Of a DNA stretch of 64,000 bases, positions 28,106 through 36,958 are shown piece after piece. The translations under genes and the position numbers were made by a program. Below the pieces are notes generated by a model. The model had not been told where the DNA came from. It made no database searches and saw only the letters and a list, made by a program, of their open reading frames with translations. The stretch is taken from positions 25,537-89,536 of the forward strand of contig CAYVNO010000001.1 in the NCBI GenBank assembly GCA_964452935.1, in the 5' to 3' direction. Each line of letters starts with the position of its first letter. Position 1 is the stretch's first letter. The stretch is from an uncultured Methanosarcinales archaeon. GTDB lineage: Archaea > Nanobdellota > Nanobdellia > Woesearchaeales > DSVV01.

Positions 28106-29161
28106 ATGCCAAGAAGATATGGAACAGGAGACGGAATAAGAGGAAGAGGAGGAAGATTTAGTGGAGATTTTTCTAGTAGAGGCGGTACTCAAGCAAGATT
28201 AGAAGAGCTTGCAGATAGGACTACGGCTGCACATAATCCTAGAAATAAGTCTAGACAGGTTCCTGAACCAATCACTGTTCATGAGTATGGTGGAATTGGA
28301 GAGCTTAGGGAATTAACTAAGAATGATTGTTATCCTGTTTATAATCATGTAGTTAAACAAGGTCTTCAACCTAGTAATGCTCTTGGAAGGGCTGTTACAT
28401 GTTTTATGGTTAATATGTTTTTGAATTTGCCAGGAGATGATTATTCTAGAAGAAGATATTCAAATAATGATAGAAGGGCTATGAGAGAACAGTTTGATAT
28501 TTTCCGTGAGGGTTTAATGGGGTTAGAGATTCTTTTTGGAGAAAGAAGTAATCTAGGTATTGGCGGATTTAAGAAAATTACTAATTGGTATGAACATGTT
28601 GATTATTTGGTTGAGAATGTAGATCTTTATTCAGTGTCTAGATCTGATATTGTTTATGTTAATGTTCCTCCTCAGGGACGTTTTTCAAATAGAGAGGAGA
28701 AAGCGCTTGAGGCAGTGTTTACAGGGTATAGAGATGAACAAGAACCTCATTTAAGAGTTCTCAAAGAAAATGCTAGTGAGGCGTTACTTCAACTTATGTT
28801 GAATCCAGAATTAAATGATCTTGAATCATATATTGATTCTATTGGTGAATATGATTTTAGTAATGAAAATGGAGGAGTAGAGGAAGCTGTTGATGCGATT
28901 ACCCCTCTTTTGAGATTATTTGATCAAATGGAGAAAGGGCAAGAACTTACAGCTGTTGAAGATTTCAAGGAGAGATATGGGGCAATGTTGCAAAAATATC
29001 CTGATCAACAAGGTTTAATATCATTGATGTCACAGGCGGTTGCTGAGGACGGTGTGTTAATAACTGAAGGAGCAGATGTAACAGAGATTCCTAACTTTAG
29101 GTTAGTTATGAGTTACAGAGATTGCTGTATGTATCAAAGAGTTAATCCAACTTCTCAATAA
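28106..29161 (+). CDS. Hypothetical protein with an N-terminal RGG/Gly-Arg-rich box
   Basis: The N-terminus MPRRYGTGDGIRGRGGRFSGDFSSRGGTQ is an RGG-type low-complexity region. The rest of the protein has no recognised motif, and the gene is higher in GC. Confidence 0.4.
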   Translation: MPRRYGTGDGIRGRGGRFSGDFSSRGGTQARLEELADRTTAAHNPRNKSRQVPEPITVHEYGGIGELRELTKNDCYPVYNHVVKQGLQPSNALGRAVTCFMVNMFLNLPGDDYSRRRYSNNDRRAMREQFDIFREGLMGLEILFGERSNLGIGGFKKITNWYEHVDYLVENVDLYSVSRSDIVYVNVPPQGRFSNREEKALEAVFTGYRDEQEPHLRVLKENASEALLQLMLNPELNDLESYIDSIGEYDFSNENGGVEEAVDAITPLLRLFDQMEKGQELTAVEDFKERYGAMLQKYPDQQGLISLMSQAVAEDGVLITEGADVTEIPNFRLVMSYRDCCMYQRVNPTSQ

Positions 29162-30878
29162 ATTTCTTAGTTGTTTCTAAAGCCATGTCAACTTCTTCTC
29201 GAGTTGGTTTGTGGAATGCTCTTAAGAATTTGTTTCTCATTGTGTGTATTTTCCTGATTTCTTCGTCATGCGGAAGATCTTTTTCTTGGCCTAGTATATT
29301 TGCTAGTCTATTGAAGTCAAGGTTTTTATCTTCTTCTCCAAATCTCTTTTTGTATTGTTCTTTTAGAGCGTAGTAGATAGCTAGATCGCAGTTAACTAGA
29401 ACGCTGCCTGAGTTTAACAATCCTTTTGCGTCCTCTTCTGTCTGTCCTGTTTTCTGACTTAGGATTGCAGCAGTTAATGCTGTTGGGTTTAGTTCAGTTG
29501 TTTCTTCTTCTGTATCCTCTTCTTCTGAAGTGTCTTGGTTGAATAATGATAGTAATTCGTTTGTGTTTTCTGGAAGGTTTACTTTTATCTCTTGTTTTGG
29601 TTCAGTTACTGGTGCTTCTTCAGCTGTAACTGGTTCTTGTGTTTGTTCTAGTTGTTCTGTTGTTTCTTCTTCTGCTTCTATTGGTTGTACTTCTTGTGTT
29701 TCTTCAGCTTGAATTGATTCTTGTTCTTTTGTTTCTATTATTGGTTGTTCTGTAGATTCTTCTGCTGTTAATGGTTGTTCTTCTTTTACTTCCAACTCTT
29801 CTTTTTCATCCCAATAATCAATTATTGGTGTTTCTTCGGTTGTTGATTCTTGTTTTTCTTCAACAGCTGTTTCCTCTTTGACTTCTTCTTCAACTTGTTC
29901 AACCTTTTCTTCATCCATGCCTAGAATATCTTGTGATTGTAGAACATAATATTGGTCATTTGATATTGCGAACTCTATAAATTGAGGTCTTCCGAATAAT
30001 CTCTCTATTCTTTTGCAATGTAATGCAATATCCATTATCTGTCTTTCATTTAATTTTTGTTCTGCAGCTTTTTTTGGCGGAATAATTGATTTTTTTGTTT
30101 TGAATTTATATTTATCTAATTCAAAAAGGAAATCTTGTTTTTTTATGTCTGTATCATCTATGGCTAGTGTATCTTTGTTTAGTGTGTATCTGTCAGGCAT
30201 TATGTTCCCGCTTGTTATTGCACATCCTAATCCTTTGCATGCAACAATTAGTATTTGTTCATGATTTGTTGGGTTTGTAGAATATGCTGCTCCAGATAGG
30301 TGAGAGTTGACCATGTTTTGGACTATTACAGCCATTGATGAATCTTGAATATTATTTTTCATTCTGTGTTCAATAGCTTTTGCTGTATAGAATGATGCCC
30401 AACATGCTTGTAGTGCATTTAATAATCTTTTATTTCCTTCAATGTTTAGGAAGTTTAGGTGCATCTTTGAGTAATCTTCATACCCACATGTGCTAGCTCT
30501 AACTGCTACTAATGGTCCTTTCTTTGAGTTAAGCATCTGGTTTAATTTAGTTGTATCTTCAATTAGACAGTTATAGTTTTCTAGAATTTCTTCTTGTATT
30601 GGATCTGGAAGTATTCCATTTACAATTAATTTTTGGATACCATTAGCAACATTTTGTAGGTTTTCTTTGTCTTCAAGTTTTATAGAAGATAATAAATTTC
30701 TTATTCTTATGTCTATTCCAGTATGTTTTAAGAATTTATCAAATGATTGTTTTTTAATAACAAATCCAATAGGTACTGAGAATCTATTGCATAAGGCTGC
30801 TAACCTTACTGACTTTTCCCCGACTTCGTGTATGTCATCCTTTGTTATATTTTTGAGCATTAATAAACTACTTTGCAT
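29142..30878 (-). CDS. Stand-alone PEP-synthase/PPDK N-terminal (ATP-grasp nucleotide-binding) domain protein with a long acidic E/T/Q-rich linker and a small C-terminal helical domain
   Basis: N-terminal VGEKSVRLAALCN...VPIGFVI...VAVRASTCGYEDYS parallels PpsA GGKNASLGEM...VPNGFAI...VAVRSSATAEDLP. The swivel-His and PEP-binding domains are absent. There is a ~170-aa acidic low-complexity middle and a C-terminal ...EEIRKIHTMRNKFLRAFH segment. Confidence 0.5.
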   Translation of the reverse strand: MQSSLLMLKNITKDDIHEVGEKSVRLAALCNRFSVPIGFVIKKQSFDKFLKHTGIDIRIRNLLSSIKLEDKENLQNVANGIQKLIVNGILPDPIQEEILENYNCLIEDTTKLNQMLNSKKGPLVAVRASTCGYEDYSKMHLNFLNIEGNKRLLNALQACWASFYTAKAIEHRMKNNIQDSSMAVIVQNMVNSHLSGAAYSTNPTNHEQILIVACKGLGCAITSGNIMPDRYTLNKDTLAIDDTDIKKQDFLFELDKYKFKTKKSIIPPKKAAEQKLNERQIMDIALHCKRIERLFGRPQFIEFAISNDQYYVLQSQDILGMDEEKVEQVEEEVKEETAVEEKQESTTEETPIIDYWDEKEELEVKEEQPLTAEESTEQPIIETKEQESIQAEETQEVQPIEAEEETTEQLEQTQEPVTAEEAPVTEPKQEIKVNLPENTNELLSLFNQDTSEEEDTEEETTELNPTALTAAILSQKTGQTEEDAKGLLNSGSVLVNCDLAIYYALKEQYKKRFGEEDKNLDFNRLANILGQEKDLPHDEEIRKIHTMRNKFLRAFHKPTREEVDMALETTKKFIEKLD

Positions 30879-30935
30879 GGTATCACCCTTTTGATACTCT
30901 TGTTTCTGTACTAAGATAAAAGATATATAAATGTT

Positions 30936-31700
30936 TTGATAATACTTATATACTACTTTGACTCTACTTTTGAGTATATGAAAAATAAGGTGTTGAGAGA
31001 TCTGAATGAGTTGATAAGGCAGGTAGAGAATATGCCTCCTGAGTTGGTTACTGGTAAGTATGACCCTTATGATTATAAGGCTCAGAAGTTAGCTGTTTAT
31101 AAAAGGGATGTTGATAAAATGTTATCTAATGTGAAGATGGATATTTTTAAGTTGTGTTTAGAATCTCTAAATAATAGAAATGAGGGAGTGATTTTTGATA
31201 TTATTATTAATTTAAAGAATCTCAATGTTGATAAGGAAAAGTTGATTAGTTTGAAAGAAGCTGTTGGTTTATTGAATTATGTTAAGGTTGCAAAGCCAAG
31301 AGAGCTGGAGTTAAAGATTCCTGTGGGGATTCCTACAGATATTAGAGATGATATTGTTGCAGATATGAAAGAGTTACAGAAATCTTATAATTCTACTTGT
31401 TATAGGGCGGCTGTTATTTTATGTGGTAGGGTGTTAGAGACTGCTTTACATAGAAAGTATTATGACACAACTGGTTTTGATATTTTGGAGAAGAATCCTG
31501 GGATTGGGTTAGGTAAGTTAATTGCAAAGTTAGATGAGAAGAATGTAAAGTTTGATCCAGGATTAACACAACAAATACATTTGATAAATCAGGTTAGAAT
31601 TTATTCTGTGCATAGGAAGAAAGAGGTGTTTTATCCTTCATCTGCACAATGCTATGCAATGATTTTGTATACAATGGATGTTTTGGGTAAGATGTTTTAG
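30936..31700 (+). CDS. Hypothetical protein with a C-terminal HEPN-like (Rx4H) motif
   Basis: The C-terminus ...QIHLINQVRIYSVHRKKE contains R-x4-H in a predicted helical region. The start is possibly at MKNKVL (30978). The gene is divergently arranged with the PPDK_N paralog. Confidence 0.3.
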   Translation: MIILIYYFDSTFEYMKNKVLRDLNELIRQVENMPPELVTGKYDPYDYKAQKLAVYKRDVDKMLSNVKMDIFKLCLESLNNRNEGVIFDIIINLKNLNVDKEKLISLKEAVGLLNYVKVAKPRELELKIPVGIPTDIRDDIVADMKELQKSYNSTCYRAAVILCGRVLETALHRKYYDTTGFDILEKNPGIGLGKLIAKLDEKNVKFDPGLTQQIHLINQVRIYSVHRKKEVFYPSSAQCYAMILYTMDVLGKMF

Positions 31701-31735
31701 AAAGTTTTTTATATCACCTTCTGTAATGAGAAGTT

Positions 31736-32158
31736 ATGAAGGCGAAATACTATGCATTAATCGGATTTGTCCTTGCTGTTGTTTTTTACTATTTATCTTC
31801 AATTATTTCTTCGATGTTTGATATTTTTAATTCTGTCCGTTATGTTCTTGGAAGCATTTATCCGTTAACATTCTTGGTTGTTTTGTTTCTATTGCTCCCT
31901 TTACTTCTGCTTCTTAGTAAGAATAAGATATGTTCTATTTTAAGTATAATTTCTGGATCTTTATTAATAACTGGTTTTGGTTTAGTCTTGTTTAAATTAG
32001 TTTTTACTGTTTCAAGAAGGTTGTTGGGCTATTCACCTTATACTTCAAATGCTTTTGAAGTTGTTTTATCCCTGTTGTTACTTGGAGTTTTTATTGTTTC
32101 TGGAGTCTTGTATATCATCGCAGGTATTAAAGCCTTGAAAGAAGGGAAGGAAGAGTAA
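31736..32158 (+). CDS. Hypothetical small membrane protein (4 TM)
   Basis: The protein is hydrophobic with multi-TM composition. Confidence 0.4.
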   Translation: MKAKYYALIGFVLAVVFYYLSSIISSMFDIFNSVRYVLGSIYPLTFLVVLFLLLPLLLLLSKNKICSILSIISGSLLITGFGLVLFKLVFTVSRRLLGYSPYTSNAFEVVLSLLLLGVFIVSGVLYIIAGIKALKEGKEE

Positions 32159-32160
32159 TT

Positions 32161-32232
32161 CTATAAGAATTCTTGTTCAACTATCATTTTATCATAAGTA
32201 GGATATTCTTTTGTAATTGCAGGTTTTATTGA
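32161..32232 (-). repeat. Duplicated copy of the 3' end of the radical SAM gene (matching 33573-33645), forming a direct repeat that brackets the AbiE cassette
   Basis: The minus-strand translation ...SIKPAITKEYPTYDKMIVEQEFL* matches the real gene's C-terminus KLKPAIVKEYPTFDKMIVEMEFL*. DNA identity is ~85% over ~72 nt. Confidence 0.7.
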
Positions 32233-32253
32233 AATTATGCATAACATTTATAA

Positions 32254-32874
32254 ATGATAGGATACTTTTATATCCTAATGACAAATAAAAATATAATACA
32301 ATGGATTGTGAAGAATGAAGATTTAGTAGTGCCAACTTTATTTAAACCAGTGCAATTTAGGATTATTAAGAAGCTTTCAAAGAATAAAAAGTTAACAGAG
32401 AATGAAAAAAGATATTTAAGAGGTAAGATGAAAGATAAGTTTAATGTTTTGCAGGAGTTAATGAAGGTTAATGTAATGAGAGATGAATTTAGAGTATTAG
32501 TTGATAATATTGGATCCTATTATGTGACTGGTTTAGAGGCTTTAAAACATAATGGTTATGGTTGGTATTTTGAACCAAAGATTGTGGAAGTAATAAATAC
32601 TAAGATTGAGGGAAGGTTTGTTGTTAATAATAAAACTGTTAAATTTATAAGAGTTAAATCAATATCAAAAAGTAAAACAAAGATTGATAAAAAATCCGGG
32701 ATTATATATGCAACAAATGAGCAAATATTAAAAGATATAGTATTCACTAAAAACAATTATACAGAATCTGTTTGGATGCAGATGTTTTCAAGATATGGGA
32801 TGATGTTTGCAAAAGGATTTAAGGAGTTATTGTCTAAAAAGAGCAAAATTAATTATGCACTTTATGGGGTTTGA
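32254..32874 (+). CDS. AbiEi-like antitoxin (type IV TA / abortive infection AbiE system)
   Basis: YYVTGLEALKHNGYGWY resembles the conserved AbiEi wHTH region. The gene overlaps the downstream AbiEii gene by 4 nt (ATGA). The start may be at 32281. Confidence 0.5.
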   Translation: MIGYFYILMTNKNIIQWIVKNEDLVVPTLFKPVQFRIIKKLSKNKKLTENEKRYLRGKMKDKFNVLQELMKVNVMRDEFRVLVDNIGSYYVTGLEALKHNGYGWYFEPKIVEVINTKIEGRFVVNNKTVKFIRVKSISKSKTKIDKKSGIIYATNEQILKDIVFTKNNYTESVWMQMFSRYGMMFAKGFKELLSKKSKINYALYGV

Positions 32875-33572
32875 GAATGACAAAGATTTTGGATGTTTTA
32901 AGAAAGTTTCTTAAAGAGGTGGAAAATGATAATCCATTTAATTTAGTTTTAAAAGGAGGAACTGCTTTAGCTATTTATTATTTGAATGATCATAGGGAAT
33001 CTGAGGATCTGGACTTTGATGTTGATAAGTCGTTGATTAAAAAACATGAAGAGATAATTGGTTATTTTGTTAATGTTTTGGGAATTTTAAAACAAAAACA
33101 AATTATCAATAATTTCAGGATAACAAAACAGGGTTTTGCTTCTACAGACAGATACCACATTAAACTTGAGATTGAGACATATAAAACCTTTTATACAAAA
33201 ATTGATGTGGACTTTGTTGATTTACCAAAGAAGTTAGTCAATAAAGATAATCTTTTCCTATATTCCTCTGAAAGAATCTTTGTTACAAAGGCCATCACTT
33301 TTATTAGTAGAAAAGAGTTCAAGGATTTATATGATTTGTTCTATTTGGTTGGGAAGATTGATGTTAGGAAGTTTAAGAATAAAGAGAATGTTGTTAAATT
33401 GATTGAGGAAGTAATAGCAGTTGCTAATGAAGAGGATATTCTTAAGCTTTATAGATCTGCTTTTAGAAATGTCGATATGAAATTTAAGAATTTAAAAGAG
33501 TCGCAGTTGGATTCTTTTCTTAGGACAATTATAAGGAAACTTAGGGTTTTGATAAATAAATTGAAGAAATGA
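32871..33572 (+). CDS. AbiEii/AbiGii-family nucleotidyltransferase toxin (DUF1814)
   Basis: LKGGTALAIYYLNDHRESEDLDFDV matches the GGTAL ... R-x-S-x-D-x-D nucleotidyltransferase signature of AbiEii. Confidence 0.7.
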   Translation: MRMTKILDVLRKFLKEVENDNPFNLVLKGGTALAIYYLNDHRESEDLDFDVDKSLIKKHEEIIGYFVNVLGILKQKQIINNFRITKQGFASTDRYHIKLEIETYKTFYTKIDVDFVDLPKKLVNKDNLFLYSSERIFVTKAITFISRKEFKDLYDLFYLVGKIDVRKFKNKENVVKLIEEVIAVANEEDILKLYRSAFRNVDMKFKNLKESQLDSFLRTIIRKLRVLINKLKK

Positions 33573-34622
33573 TTATAGGAATTCCATTTCAACTATCATC
33601 TTATCAAAAGTAGGATATTCTTTGACAATTGCTGGCTTTAGTTTGAGTTGTTTAAGTTCATCTTTTAGTTTATCTACAACTTCAACAGTTGTTAGTAGTC
33701 TCTTATTATCTATTTCAATCAGTTCTTTTGGGATGTCAAAGTTTTTTATTAAGTAATTCTTTGTTTTGCTTAAATTCTTTCCGTAAATAACTCCCTTTAT
33801 TAGCATTCCTTCATTGTCTACATAATCAAATGGTTTAGAGGCGTTCTTTGCTCTTCTTTTTAGTCTGTTTGCTAATTGCACCCGATCTTTTAGAGTACAT
33901 GTGCAATAGTGGATGTTTTTTATTTTTGAGAATTTTAAGAGTTTTTTTGCTAGTTGTTCACTTCCTTTTACACCATAGCTAATCCTATCTTTTGTTGTGT
34001 AATTGTTTTCAATTAATTTATTAGCGTTTGTGTCTGAGACTTCTAATTCGTTAATATTTAAGAAATCTATTTTGTTCTCTAAGAATTTGATTAATTTTTT
34101 TGTCTCTTTCTCTTTATTTGGGATTGCAGGGATTTCAACACCAATTTTCCAATCATATTCTTTTGCTAGTTCTATTCTTTTCCATAGTTTATTGTTTGTT
34201 ATTTCAGGATGGAATCTTATCTCATCTAAACCTGCTTTGTAGAGTTTTTCTAGAGAATTCTTGTTAACTAATATTGGTGGTGTGTAGAGATGAATATGGA
34301 ATTTTTTACCAAATGTTTTCTTTAATTCTTTGATGTATTTACATGTTCTTTCTAGTTTTACTAGTGGATCTCCTCCTGTGATTCCTACTCCTTTTGAATC
34401 ACATAGTTTAATTTCTGTAATTAAATCTTTGAAGTCTCTAGAAGGTCTTTCATTGAAATAAATTACATCTTTATTCTTTTTTTGATCAGAGATTGGACAA
34501 TAAAAACATTTTCTTGGGCAAATACCTGTAATAAAAAGAACAGTTTTTTCACCTTTAACACATTGTCTACATCCTTTTGGAAGTTTTCCTTTAAGAAATG
34601 AGAAGAATTTTGTTTTTTTCAT
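33573..34622 (-). CDS. Radical SAM protein (COG2108-type, PFL-activase-related)
   Basis: LFITGICPRKCFYCPIS is a CxxxCxxC radical SAM cluster motif, followed by GITGGDPL. Confidence 0.7.
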   Translation of the reverse strand: MKKTKFFSFLKGKLPKGCRQCVKGEKTVLFITGICPRKCFYCPISDQKKNKDVIYFNERPSRDFKDLITEIKLCDSKGVGITGGDPLVKLERTCKYIKELKKTFGKKFHIHLYTPPILVNKNSLEKLYKAGLDEIRFHPEITNNKLWKRIELAKEYDWKIGVEIPAIPNKEKETKKLIKFLENKIDFLNINELEVSDTNANKLIENNYTTKDRISYGVKGSEQLAKKLLKFSKIKNIHYCTCTLKDRVQLANRLKRRAKNASKPFDYVDNEGMLIKGVIYGKNLSKTKNYLIKNFDIPKELIEIDNKRLLTTVEVVDKLKDELKQLKLKPAIVKEYPTFDKMIVEMEFL

Positions 34623-35161
34623 ATTGCTTTTGTTAATAAATCTGATTTTGTTATTATTCCTAGGACTTTTCCGTTCTCTGATACTATTACTAATGGATAA
34701 TGTTTTAGTAGATTTGATACAACATCCATATTTGCTTCTTTTGTTATTGTTGGTGGTGAATCTTCCATAATATCTTTTATTTTTATGTTGGCATCTTTTG
34801 ATATGACTGCGTCTAAGAGTATTTTTTCTGAGATAAATCCCACAATGTTTTTGTCTTCTGACACAGGCATTTGTGAGATGTTGTATTTTTTCATCTTTTT
34901 TATTGTGTCTTTTAGTGAATCGTTTGGTTTTATGTTAATAATGCCTTTTTTGTAGATATCTTTTGCTTTTAACTCTTGTTTATGGTTTAATGTGTTTAGT
35001 GTGTCCATGATTTTCTTTACTTTTGTGAATGTTGGATCAATCATTCCAGATTCAATCTTTGCGATTAATGATTGGGAAACTCCTGAGAATTTGGCTAGCT
35101 CTACTTGTGTTAAGTTGAGTTTTTTTCTCATTCCTTTGATCTCGTTTAGGTTATCTATCAT
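34619..35161 (-). CDS. Transcriptional regulator, XRE-type HTH fused to a CBS domain pair
   Basis: N-terminal LTQVELAKFSGVSQSLIAKIESG is the HTH. Two CBS-like repeats follow (...ISQMPVSED...VGFISEKILL...; ...HYPLVIVSENGKVLGIITKSDLL). The gene overlaps the radical SAM gene by 4 nt. Confidence 0.7.
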   Translation of the reverse strand: MIDNLNEIKGMRKKLNLTQVELAKFSGVSQSLIAKIESGMIDPTFTKVKKIMDTLNTLNHKQELKAKDIYKKGIINIKPNDSLKDTIKKMKKYNISQMPVSEDKNIVGFISEKILLDAVISKDANIKIKDIMEDSPPTITKEANMDVVSNLLKHYPLVIVSENGKVLGIITKSDLLTKAI

Positions 35162-35292
35162 TAGTCGTAAGGGAATAATTCCTCTTTAAATATCTATCGG
35201 TTGGGAATATTCCTATCGGAATATTTTATTCAAGAAGTGTTTAAAAGGAGGTGTGAGTTTTTGTAGTAAATCATACTTGGAGGTTGATTATA

Positions 35293-36504
35293 ATGAAACA
35301 AAGTAAGTATTTTTTTACATCAGAGAGTGTATCTGCTGGACATCCTGATAAGTTATGCGATCATATTAGTGACGCTGTTTTGGATGCAATATATACAAAA
35401 GATCCTAATGCTAGGGTTGCTGTTGAATGTTTAACAAAGACAGGATTTGTTGTTGTTGCTGGGGAGGTAACTACGACTGCATGGGTAGATATCCAGAATA
35501 TTACAAGGAATACAATCAAAGAGATTGGTTATGATAAGCCAGAGTATGGTTTTGATGGGAACACATGTGGTGTTTTAGTATCATTATCTGAACAGAGTCC
35601 TGATATTTCTCAAGGGGTTACTGAAGGAGAAGGTGCATTCAAAGAACAAGGTGCAGGAGATCAAGGCTTGATGTTTGGTTATGCAACAAATGAGACACCT
35701 GAATTTATGCCACTACCAATTATCATGGCACATAAGTTATTGAAAGAGCTTGATAGAATTAGGAGGGCTAATGAGTTAACTTATCTAAGGCCGGATGCAA
35801 AGTCTCAAGTAACTGTTGAATATGAGAATGGGGAAGCAAAAAGGATTGATGCTGTTGTTATTTCAACACAACATGATCCGGATGCAACACATGAACAAAT
35901 CATGTCGGATGTAGTTGAAAAGGTTATAAAACCTGTTTGTGGTCAATGGTTAGATGAGAATACAAAGTTCTTTGTTAATCCAACTGGAAAATTTGTAGTT
36001 GGTGGACCTGTAGCAGATGCAGGTTTAACAGGAAGAAAAATCATTGTTGATACATATGGTGGACATGGAAGTCACGGTGGTGGATGTTTTTCAGGGAAAG
36101 ATCCTTCGAAAGTGGATAGGTCTGCTGCTTATATGGGTAGGTATATTGCAAAGAATATTGTTGCTTCAGGTTTAGCAGATAAGTGTGAAGTACAGCTTGC
36201 ATATGCAATTGGTGTTGCAGAACCTGTTTCTGTTCTAACACATTGCTTTGATACGAATAAAGTTCCAGAAGAAAAGATCTCAGAGTTAGTTAGGAAACAT
36301 TTCCCTCTAACACCTGCTGCGATAATTAATCATCTGAATCTTAGAAGACCAATCTATAAGAAAACAGCAGCATATGGTCATTTTGGAAGAGATGATCCTG
36401 ACTTTACATGGGAAAAGACAGATAAGGCAGATGTTTTGAAGCAGGATGCCGGTTCTTTGGGTGAACCAGAGAAATCTGGAGATCAAGTACCTTTAGATGC
36501 ATAA
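35293..36504 (+). CDS. metK: S-adenosylmethionine synthetase, bacterial/eukaryotic MetK type (not archaeal MAT)
   Basis: [40 protein letters not shown] and the rest of the three-domain MetK signature are present. The start is taken at MKQSKYFF. Confidence 0.9.
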   Translation: MKQSKYFFTSESVSAGHPDKLCDHISDAVLDAIYTKDPNARVAVECLTKTGFVVVAGEVTTTAWVDIQNITRNTIKEIGYDKPEYGFDGNTCGVLVSLSEQSPDISQGVTEGEGAFKEQGAGDQGLMFGYATNETPEFMPLPIIMAHKLLKELDRIRRANELTYLRPDAKSQVTVEYENGEAKRIDAVVISTQHDPDATHEQIMSDVVEKVIKPVCGQWLDENTKFFVNPTGKFVVGGPVADAGLTGRKIIVDTYGGHGSHGGGCFSGKDPSKVDRSAAYMGRYIAKNIVASGLADKCEVQLAYAIGVAEPVSVLTHCFDTNKVPEEKISELVRKHFPLTPAAIINHLNLRRPIYKKTAAYGHFGRDDPDFTWEKTDKADVLKQDAGSLGEPEKSGDQVPLDA

Positions 36505-36591
36505 TTTTTCCTTTTTTCTTACTTTTTCTTACAAAAACTTTATATATAAACTTAGTTGATAGTTTAGTATTAATATTGAGAGGTTGATAAT

Positions 36592-36918
36592 ATGGTAAAA
36601 TATAGAAATGCGTTTCTGGTGTTTTTGTTTTCAGTCATTACACTAGGTGTGTATGCAATTTATTGGGCTGTTTCAACAACGCTAGAGTTAAAAGAGAAAT
36701 CTGATAAGGCACCAAATCCATGGTTATTGTTACTGTTATTAGTGCCATTTGTACAGATTGTTGCTATGATTTATTATTACTGGATGTATTGTACTGCTCT
36801 AGAAGAAGCTACTAAAGGAAAGGCAAGTAGAGTTCCATACTTTTTATTGCTGTTGATTTTGGGAGCGATTGGTATGGCAATAGTACAGTTGCAGTTGAAT
36901 AAGCTTGCAAAGAAATAA
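36592..36918 (+). CDS. Small membrane protein, DUF4234-like
   Basis: VITLGVYAIYW is the DUF4234 signature. The protein has two or three TM segments. Confidence 0.45.
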   Translation: MVKYRNAFLVFLFSVITLGVYAIYWAVSTTLELKEKSDKAPNPWLLLLLLVPFVQIVAMIYYYWMYCTALEEATKGKASRVPYFLLLLILGAIGMAIVQLQLNKLAKK

Positions 36919-36958
36919 ATTTTTATTTTTATTTTAATTGAAAAAAGAGGTGAAGTAA

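Noticed and set aside
30879-30935. Possible small RNA or promoter element in the divergent intergenic region
   Set aside because: Only generic AT-rich TATA-like sequence was seen, with no defined structure or repeat.
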